49,909 bases of DNA, taken from positions 1 through 49,909 of IMG/VR virus record IMGVR_UViG_3300028837_003833. One strand, written 5' to 3'. A program made the translations under genes and the position numbers. The notes under the pieces were generated by a model. It was not told the DNA's origin. It saw only the letters and a list, made by a program, of their open reading frames with translations, and ran no database searches. Below, piece by piece: positions 1 through 5,589 of the stretch; the stretch's first letter is position 1; each line of letters opens with the position of its first letter. The stretch is from a virus.

Positions 1-192
1 AGAAAAAGAGAAAATCCTGTCACCTTCTGCAAAAGAAGCATCCAATTTTACACATGAATTTACAACCCCTTCATATTCCTTTGCAAAGAACATTTTAGAA
101 CAACCGCCTAATGCAATACCTCCTACAACAAAAATGATAAGTATAACAACCAAAAGCTCTATCAGAGTAAAACCTTTAGAATGCTTTAACAT
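1..192 (-). CDS. Prepilin-type N-terminal cleavage/methylation domain protein (type IV pilin-like), runs off the window edge
   Basis: Not in the ORF track. Manual translation from ATG at 192: MLKHSKG-FTLIELLVVILIIFVVGGIALGGC..., the class III signal peptide motif G|FTLIE followed by a hydrophobic helix. GAGGGGG RBS upstream at about 198-204. Confidence 0.85.
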   Translation of the reverse strand, partial: MLKHSKGFTLIELLVVILIIFVVGGIALGGCSKMFFAKEYEGVVNSCVKLDASFAEGDRIFSFS

Positions 193-273
193 AAAAACCC
201 CCTCATTGATTAAGTATGAATTTATTTAAAAATACATCAGTAGTATAATCACAACCATCAGTCTTTACAAAAA

Positions 274-588
274 TCATTCATAAATTTCTAAACAATTTTC
301 ATGTCCTTCTATTAAGAAGACTTTTCTAAGATCTTCAATATATTGTATGTCGGAAAAAGTAGCATTATGAATACTCTCAATAAGTTTACTTTGAACTTCC
401 TTTATAGAATTTTTTATAATAGATTGAGATCTCTTTAAAAATTCTTCTTTAAGATAACTTTGTATATCTACTATCTTATTCGTGGGGATTGGGACGGCAG
501 TTATAGGGGTAATAGTCATTTCACCATTTACCATCCAATGCACAATCGCAGAAATAAATTGATTATTTTCATTAGATATAAGTTTCAT
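274..588 (-). CDS. Hypothetical protein (104 aa)
   Basis: ORF in the co-directional run with an AAGGA RBS upstream; no recognised motif. Confidence 0.7.
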   Translation of the reverse strand: MKLISNENNQFISAIVHWMVNGEMTITPITAVPIPTNKIVDIQSYLKEEFLKRSQSIIKNSIKEVQSKLIESIHNATFSDIQYIEDLRKVFLIEGHENCLEIYE

Positions 589-609
589 TTCGATTCCTTT
601 AATGATATC

Positions 610-1467
610 CTAACGAGTATTATTAAAACGATATATTAGACCTCTTTGACGAGCCTCTCGTACAACAGTGATAAGACTCTTCAAATCAAACTTATGATCA
701 TTACCACTCAAACAAATACCCGCAGTAATAACCATGCGTTTATTATCCTTAGAAATATGGCTGATAAACTCTTCACCATCAACCCTATAAGTTACACTGT
801 AATGATCACTACGCTCAGTAAATCGAACAAATCTTCCTCCAGCATGCTCAACATCACTTTTAAGAATGCTCTCTTTTTTATTTTCGAAAAATATTTTATC
901 AAATCCTGTTCGAAGCGTGTATGCAAGTTTTTCTTCAAAAGTAAGATCCTGATATTTAATTCTTTTAGGATCAACAAATTTTTCCAAACTCGTTCTGAGA
1001 TAATCTGATTTCATGGGATTATTAGCCATATCAACACTCTCAAACCATAAATTAACCCCATCATACCGAGTAAGCACACGATCAAAATTAAGTACGGTGT
1101 CATCAAAGAGTAATACAGGAAGCAGTTCATTAGGAGGAAGCTGATACTTATTATTTTTATCGGGTACAGCAAGAAAAACTTTGTCCTGTTTAAATGCCAA
1201 AGTTAGTCTTAACTTTCCAAGACATTTTAAATATTTTTCTCGCTCAAAGATATCAGCCCCACCAACAATCATAGCTCTTTTATAGTCGATTGGGCGAATT
1301 TTATACCATCCAGGATTAACTTTTTTTATTTTAAATTTATAAATTAGTCCATCGATAGTAGTCATTACAGTGTCATTGTAGAAAACAGGAGAAATAAACT
1401 CAAGATCAGTGATCTTTTGTTCCTTCTCTCCAATTTCTTCAATAATGTTTAAAACATCAAGACCCAT
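610..1467 (-). CDS. Conserved hypothetical protein downstream of the TROVE/vWA gene (about 285 aa)
   Basis: The track start at 1566 overlaps the upstream gene. A better start is ATG 1467 (MGLDVL...) with a GGAGAG RBS. The C-terminal motif AGICLSGNDHKFDLKSL resembles, from memory, proteins encoded next to this vWA family in bacteria. Confidence 0.75.
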   Translation of the reverse strand: MGLDVLNIIEEIGEKEQKITDLEFISPVFYNDTVMTTIDGLIYKFKIKKVNPGWYKIRPIDYKRAMIVGGADIFEREKYLKCLGKLRLTLAFKQDKVFLAVPDKNNKYQLPPNELLPVLLFDDTVLNFDRVLTRYDGVNLWFESVDMANNPMKSDYLRTSLEKFVDPKRIKYQDLTFEEKLAYTLRTGFDKIFFENKKESILKSDVEHAGGRFVRFTERSDHYSVTYRVDGEEFISHISKDNKRMVITAGICLSGNDHKFDLKSLITVVREARQRGLIYRFNNTR

Positions 1468-1490
1468 AATGATACTCTCCAAGTGAGAAA

Positions 1491-1508
1491 TCCCCACCGA
1501 AGTAGGGA
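1491..1508 (-). terminator. Intergenic cUUCGg tetraloop hairpin (weak terminator or stability/processing element)
   Basis: Minus strand TCCCTAC-TTCG-GTGGGGA followed by TTTCTCACTT, directly after the vWA gene stop. Confidence 0.5.
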
Positions 1509-1513
1509 CTGTT

Positions 1514-3088
1514 TTATCGGAAATCTCCACGAGTAATAAGTGGAGTATCCATGATCTCATAAACAAGATCTAATTTTGAAGTTTTTGCAAGAAGAGGTAT
1601 CAATCCAGGTAATGAATAATAATCATTACCTGCAGGAGTATACATGTCATACTCAATCCCCGCTTTTTTCAAACTCTGAGAAAAAGTATTTTCAGGATAA
1701 CCTACATGAATAATCACAACATTTGGACGAACATTAAACTTCTGAACATATGTCTCATATACCCGAAAGAAAAAAGGATTGGAATTCTCACCCTCATCGG
1801 TAATTACTACAATGCTCTCTACAACTTTATTTTTCTTCATAAGATAGTCAAGAGCACACCCCATAGAAGTACTTCCACCAGGACGAACAGCTTTAAAAGC
1901 ATTCTCCCAGTCAGTTAAAGTACGACCCTTAGGTACTATTTCCATAGGCATAATATCAAATGCTATCACACTCAAATCGGCTACCGTAGCTCCAGAAATA
2001 AGTGATGCTACACTCTTACCTACCTTAATAGCCTCATGCATAGAACCTGACCGGTCAACAAACACTGCCGTAGGTTCGGTAATAACTCCGCTTTTCTTAA
2101 CCTGTGAATCAGCAACCCTATCCAGCTGCTTCAGAGTCTCTTCATCTTTAATACGACCAGTCTTAGCAGCAGTCTTTGATTTAAGAGTGGAAACATTTTT
2201 AGATTTCTCAGCCCTCTTAAGCTTCTCCTGGATCAATGCTTTAGTTTTATCATTCTTCATAGCACCCTTCTCTTCAAGAGATGCCATGTTATTAATAACC
2301 TCCATAGGTGACATACTATTAATAAGTGCTACTAATATTGAAGGAGTAATCTTTTCAACTAATCCAACAGCAACAGTATAGGGGATCTTATTCTCCACAA
2401 TTAATTTAGCTGCTTTGACAGGGCTTGCTTTCGCAATCTCTTCAAGAACATTCAGCTTTGAACCTTCAGGGATCTTCTTATCGAAAAGAATTGCCTGAGC
2501 TCGATCACTACGAGGAAAACTTCTCTTACCATCAACAAAGTATAAAGCCTTAAGATCTGCACCATTTTTAAGTACTACAGCATCAAAACGCTCAGGATCA
2601 GACTCCAACCACTTAAGATATTTAAAGACATCTGATTTAAAAGAAGTTGGGATATTAGCTTTTAATCCCACCTGTTTCTCTGAAATAGTTACCTCATCAA
2701 CCTTCTTACCCTTCTTACCAGTACTGATCTTATTACCAGTTTTAGTACGAATCTTAACCTTTTTACCCTTGATAAATCCAAGAATTTTAGCTTTCATAAA
2801 GACAGCATGTTTCCGGAAAAGAGCAAGACCTACCTCACGATTATCAATAAAAGGATCAGTGATCAACATAGCTGTGAACACCTCATTATGATCGCGGATT
2901 TCACCTTTCTTCAAATACCAGCATGCAAGATGTGAATAGAATAAAGGATCTTGCTCACGTATTTCTGCGTGAATTTTTTTTAAAGAGTCCGTGTCCCGGT
3001 GAGGGCAAGTCATAAAAGAATTCAATATCCTAACCCGGATATCCTCCTCAGCTGCAGGAGTTGCCAAAGTAGTTGCACGACGAGTCAT
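1514..3088 (-). CDS. Ro60/TROVE-like RNA-binding protein with C-terminal vWA domain (524 aa)
   Basis: C-terminal vWA: AVFVDRSGSM (MIDAS DxSxS), GGSTSMG, IVVITDEGEN. The N-terminal region is Lys-rich and predicted helical, with 'EQDPLFYSHLACW...IRD' and 'MSPMEVINNMASL', similar to TROVE segments (DPxF..LA.Y.R; M....LLRNL..L). GGAGG RBS. Confidence 0.75.
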   Translation of the reverse strand: MTRRATTLATPAAEEDIRVRILNSFMTCPHRDTDSLKKIHAEIREQDPLFYSHLACWYLKKGEIRDHNEVFTAMLITDPFIDNREVGLALFRKHAVFMKAKILGFIKGKKVKIRTKTGNKISTGKKGKKVDEVTISEKQVGLKANIPTSFKSDVFKYLKWLESDPERFDAVVLKNGADLKALYFVDGKRSFPRSDRAQAILFDKKIPEGSKLNVLEEIAKASPVKAAKLIVENKIPYTVAVGLVEKITPSILVALINSMSPMEVINNMASLEEKGAMKNDKTKALIQEKLKRAEKSKNVSTLKSKTAAKTGRIKDEETLKQLDRVADSQVKKSGVITEPTAVFVDRSGSMHEAIKVGKSVASLISGATVADLSVIAFDIMPMEIVPKGRTLTDWENAFKAVRPGGSTSMGCALDYLMKKNKVVESIVVITDEGENSNPFFFRVYETYVQKFNVRPNVVIIHVGYPENTFSQSLKKAGIEYDMYTPAGNDYYSLPGLIPLLAKTSKLDLVYEIMDTPLITRGDFR

Positions 3089-3152
3089 ATTTATGCCTCC
3101 AATTTTATCTTATTTTTATAATATGGGAGACTTTACAAGTACTCCCTTAAAT

Positions 3153-3407
3153 TTATCCAAATACAGTATCCGCTCTTACTGTGATGTTTCCGTTTTTGTT
3201 GATTTCGACCTTATGATCTGAAAACTCACCTACACCAACATCATAATGCTGAGCTAAAGCCATTACAATTTGATCCTGACTAACTGTAGATGGTGTTGGA
3301 GTCGTACCCTCAACTATACCGAGTTGCTGATATCGCTCTACAGGGAACAAATCTTCAAAAACAAAATCATCAGTATTTCCTCTAAACATTACATGTACGT
3401 CTGACAT
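3153..3407 (-). CDS. Small ubiquitin-like (beta-grasp) candidate protein, 84 aa, ending ...VRADTVFG
   Basis: ATG at 3407 with a GGAAGG RBS. Pattern of strand (VHVMFRG), strand, helix (QDQIVMALAQHY), strands and a terminal Gly fits a beta-grasp fold. The fold is inferred. Confidence 0.55.
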   Translation of the reverse strand: MSDVHVMFRGNTDDFVFEDLFPVERYQQLGIVEGTTPTPSTVSQDQIVMALAQHYDVGVGEFSDHKVEINKNGNITVRADTVFG

Positions 3408-3462
3408 ACACACCTTCCTTTCCTGAATAAATATAATGATGTGTCAAAAACTTTTAAAATAG

Positions 3463-3780
3463 TTATTTTGCTATTTTAAATCGCCATCGAACATATACCT
3501 CTAAGTCTTTATCATTTATGTACAAAGGTGTTTGCTCAAGTTCTGTTTCGAAAACAAATTCTATTACTTTTTTTGTACTATTAGCTTTCAAAAGATTTTC
3601 CGTCAGCCATTTTCTCAAAAACGTATAAACATCTTCCTCAGTAAGTTCTTCCCTTGATGCTTGTACACGTCCCAAGTATATAACTTTTTCATAAAAATCA
3701 ATTGATGCATCACTTCCCACAACACTACTGATAACCTCATTCAGTATTATACAATCTCTCATTGTGTACTTATTCGGCAT
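3463..3780 (-). CDS. Hypothetical protein (105 aa)
   Basis: ORF with an AAGG RBS between the RNA array terminator and the Ubl gene; ends ..PLYIND...VRWRFKIAK. Confidence 0.7.
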   Translation of the reverse strand: MPNKYTMRDCIILNEVISSVVGSDASIDFYEKVIYLGRVQASREELTEEDVYTFLRKWLTENLLKANSTKKVIEFVFETELEQTPLYINDKDLEVYVRWRFKIAK

Positions 3781-3815
3781 ACCTTTATTAATATACTATT
3801 TTAAAATAAATTTTG

Positions 3816-3854
3816 AAATAAAAAACCTCGACAAAATTTTTAGTTCTATCGAGG
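3816..3854 (-). terminator. Rho-independent terminator closing the ncRNA array
   Basis: Minus strand CCTCGATAGAA-(7 nt)-TTTTGTCGAGG, an 11 bp stem whose two G-U pairs form only on the minus strand, followed by TTTTTTATTT. Confidence 0.8.
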
Positions 3855-3875
3855 CTTCATCTCAAGTCATTTTTA

Positions 3876-3977
3876 GAGAGTCAGTATTAGATAGAACACT
3901 CCTTAATCCACAGTACTGGATTACCTTGCGGCATCCTCGTACTTTTTTCTAATGTTGTTATAATAAAATACTGTCTC
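3876..3977 (-). ncRNA. Array unit E: degenerate scaffold with non-tRNA insert
   Basis: Closing stem GAGACAGTATT / AATACTG(AC)TCTC, inner helix TATAACA/TGTTCTA with one mismatch, ACATT retained before the insert, internal hairpins. Lacks the GAC seen in the other four units. Confidence 0.45.
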
Positions 3978-4023
3978 ATAATTTTCACTTTTGTTTTTAA
4001 AAGTAGAACTAAAAAAATTTATG

Positions 4024-4164
4024 AAAAACTACGCATAAGTCGCAAGTGCTAATTTTTGGCATCAAATGAAGGACTTGAACCTCCGACTTATTTCTTTGCA
4101 AGAAATCGTCCTACCACTGGACGAATTTGATAATGTAAGCATCTACAGTAATTGCGTAGTTTTT
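4024..4164 (-). ncRNA. Array unit D: scaffold enclosing a complete tRNA-Cys(GCA)
   Basis: Perfect 12 bp closing stem (aaaaactacgca 4024-4035 / tgcgtagttttt 4153-4164). The 22-nt flanks 4035-4056 and 4132-4153 are identical to those of unit B. Confidence 0.85.
4057..4131 (-). tRNA. tRNA-Cys(GCA)-like gene with encoded CCA, nested in array unit D
   Basis: Acceptor ATCAAAT/ATTTGAT, D arm GTCC-AGTGGTA-GGAC, anticodon arm ATTTC-TT GCA AA-GAAAT, T arm GGAGG-TTCAAGT-CCTTC, then G-CCA. The discriminator is G, not the U73 typical of tRNA-Cys. Confidence 0.8.
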
Positions 4165-4188
4165 ATTCATATTAAAAAAAGCAAAAAA

Positions 4189-4308
4189 GGTTTTTATCAA
4201 GGTCTTTCGTACTTTTCGGAACAGCTCTCTACCCCCCATGGGTAGCGCCATTCCGGATTTTATTGATTCCGCATCAAAATGTAAGTCCGATAGGTAAGGA
4301 TAAAAACC
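4189..4308 (-). ncRNA. Array unit C: scaffold enclosing a non-tRNA two-hairpin insert
   Basis: 10 bp closing stem ggtttttatc/gataaaaacc. Scaffold CUUAC-CUAUCGGACU-UACAUU ... AGUACGAAAG-ACCUU. Insert hairpins TTGAT/ATCAA and CGGAATGGC..CTACCC-ATGG-GGGTAG..GCTGTTCCG. Confidence 0.75.
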
Positions 4309-4322
4309 CTATAAATTTATGT

Positions 4323-4461
4323 AAAAAGCTGGTATAAGTCGCAAGTGCTAATTTTGTGCGATTACGAGGGTTTGAACCTCGAAAAGCGAGAACCAGAATC
4401 TCGTGCCTTATCCGATTAGGCGATAATCAATGTAAGCATCTACAGTAATTACCAGCTTTTT
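4323..4461 (-). ncRNA. Array unit B: scaffold enclosing a tRNA-Gln(CTG)-like module with eroded acceptor stem and no CCA
   Basis: 12 bp closing stem aaaaagctggta/taccagcttttt. Insert about 4356-4428: GATTA/TAATC acceptor remnant, D arm GCCT-AATCGGATA-AGGC, anticodon arm CGAGA-TT CTG GT-TCTCG, T arm CGAGG-TTCAAAC-CCTCG. Confidence 0.85.
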
Positions 4462-4486
4462 AATTTCAATGATCTTAATAAAAGTG

Positions 4487-4609
4487 GTTGAAATTACATA
4501 AGTCGTGTATGCTAATTTGATGGATTTGAACCACCGACCCATTCGTTATCAGCGAATTGCTCTTACCAACTGAGCTAATGTAAGCCTTCACCGTAATTGT
4601 AATTTCAAC
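4487..4609 (-). ncRNA. Array unit A: scaffold enclosing tRNA-Ile(GAT) D, anticodon and T arms with no acceptor stem
   Basis: 12 bp closing stem gttgaaattaca/tgtaatttcaac. Insert 4519-4577: TA-GCTC-AGTTGGTAA-GAGC-A-ATTCG-CT GAT AA-CGAAT-GGGTC-GGTGG-TTCAAAT-CCATC, joined directly to the scaffold. Confidence 0.85.
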
Positions 4610-4616
4610 TACATCA

Positions 4617-4645
4617 ATAATAATATATTTTTTTATAAAAAACAA
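4617..4645 (-). promoter_or_regulatory. Candidate sigma70-type promoter for the RNA array
   Basis: TTGTTT (4640-4645), 17 nt, TATTAT (4617-4622). The predicted start near 4610 coincides with the 5' end of unit A. The region is very AT-rich, so a chance match is possible. Confidence 0.4.
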
Positions 4646-4702
4646 ATACTTTTTTATAATGAGTATAAAATTATATTTAATATAGATCGTATAAAAATAT
4701 TT

Positions 4703-5092
4703 TTATTTATATTTTTTTTCTTCGATTTCCATCCCAGGAAATTTACCTTTTACTGCCCGTACAATTGCATTTTTAAGCTCTTCAACAGATCCTTCCCACC
4801 AGGAAGGTTTAGAATCTTTAAATTGACTTAATCTTTGAAGTGCTGACCTTCCATGTGTTTTGTCAGGAATAGGGTAATGATCTTTTCCGTCATTAACCTT
4901 AGGATGAGTACTTGGAAAAATAGCAGCAGGTCGATTATCTCCCGCAGGAATTTTCTTAGCCATTTTTTCAAAAGTATTAGAAATTACATCAAGTTCTTCA
5001 GCCTCTTTAAGTAATCCTTGTTTCTCTACACTACTTGCAATTTTATCAATACTATCTACTATCGAAGCTATTTTATCTTTTAATAAAAACAT
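4703..5092 (-). CDS. Hypothetical phage protein (129 aa) with DUF6582-like YPIPDKTHGRSALQR motif
   Basis: AAGGA RBS. The motif resembles the (Y/F)P(I/L)xDxxHxRxAL motif of small phage proteins; recalled, not searched. Confidence 0.65.
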   Translation of the reverse strand: MFLLKDKIASIVDSIDKIASSVEKQGLLKEAEELDVISNTFEKMAKKIPAGDNRPAAIFPSTHPKVNDGKDHYPIPDKTHGRSALQRLSQFKDSKPSWWEGSVEELKNAIVRAVKGKFPGMEIEEKKYK

Positions 5093-5104
5093 AGAAACAT
5101 CCTT

Positions 5105-5383
5105 TCACTTTTTATATTTTATTCTTCGTAACCTTTCTTCATCAAAAGGTCTACAACATTCTTTCATATATTCACTTTCAGGACAAAGACCACAATTTAA
5201 ACAATTATAAGGGATAGTTTCCGCCCATTCTCGAAAAGAGTGAGCATATTTTTCAGTCCAGTCAATAGAAGAATTTTCTGAAACATCTCTTCCAGCACGT
5301 TCAGATTCTATCCAATTATGGATTTCAATTTGCCGTCTTTGCTCTCTATTAGCTTGTCTAACATGATCGCTTGGCCCCATCAT
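5105..5383 (-). CDS. DUF4032-like small protein with C-terminal Cys cluster
   Basis: IEIHNWIESERAGRDV...DW matches the H(K/R)WxxSExAGxD(V/I) motif; CxxCxxC...CC near the C-terminus. Start reassigned to ATG 5383. Confidence 0.6.
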   Translation of the reverse strand: MMGPSDHVRQANREQRRQIEIHNWIESERAGRDVSENSSIDWTEKYAHSFREWAETIPYNCLNCGLCPESEYMKECCRPFDEERLRRIKYKK

Positions 5384-5470
5384 TAACCACCCTGTAAAAA
5401 ATGTACAGATTACATATGATGACGACAATAGGTTAATGTTATTAAGTTACTAATATGAACAGATTATTAT

Positions 5471-5517
5471 GTCAACTACCTCGACCACGAGGGTCGTGGT
5501 TTTCTCTCACTAGGATC
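5471..5517 (+). mobile_element. Minimal IS200/IS605-family (IscB-type) end remnant / palindrome-associated element
   Basis: GTCAACTACC followed by the imperfect hairpin ACC-T-CGACC-ACGAG-GGTCG-T-GGT, then TTTCTCTCACTAGGATC and ATAAA. GC-rich island in an AT-rich spacer; resembles the termini of IscB/omega-RNA elements. Confidence 0.55.
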
Positions 5518-5518
5518 A

Positions 5519-5555
5519 TAAAAAAAGCGATAGGAAATAACATTCCAAATCGCTT
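5519..5555 (-). terminator. Rho-independent terminator after the 5590 gene
   Basis: Minus strand AAGCGAT-TT-GGAA-loop-TTCC-T-ATCGCTT followed by a T run. Confidence 0.6.
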
Positions 5556-5589
5556 CACCACACTCAATTAATACTAATATAAGACTTTT

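Noticed and set aside
3425-3448. Sigma70 promoter from TTGACA upstream of the Ubl gene
   Set aside because: No -10 hexamer at 16-18 nt spacing; that position falls on the RBS region.
4199-4214. Sarcin-ricin loop mimic (AGUACGAAAGACC vs AGUACGAGAGGACC)
   Set aside because: This stretch is the 3' strand of the scaffold helix and pairs with CUAUCGGACU; the match is imperfect and probably coincidental.
4024-4609. CRISPR array
   Set aside because: The repeats are bipartite and pair around each insert, unit lengths are 120-140 nt, inserts are structured tRNA-like modules, and no cas genes are present.
4323-4609. Ordinary tRNA-Gln and tRNA-Ile genes or random pseudogenes
   Set aside because: Acceptor stems and CCA are eroded or absent while the other three arms remain well paired and are embedded in a conserved scaffold.
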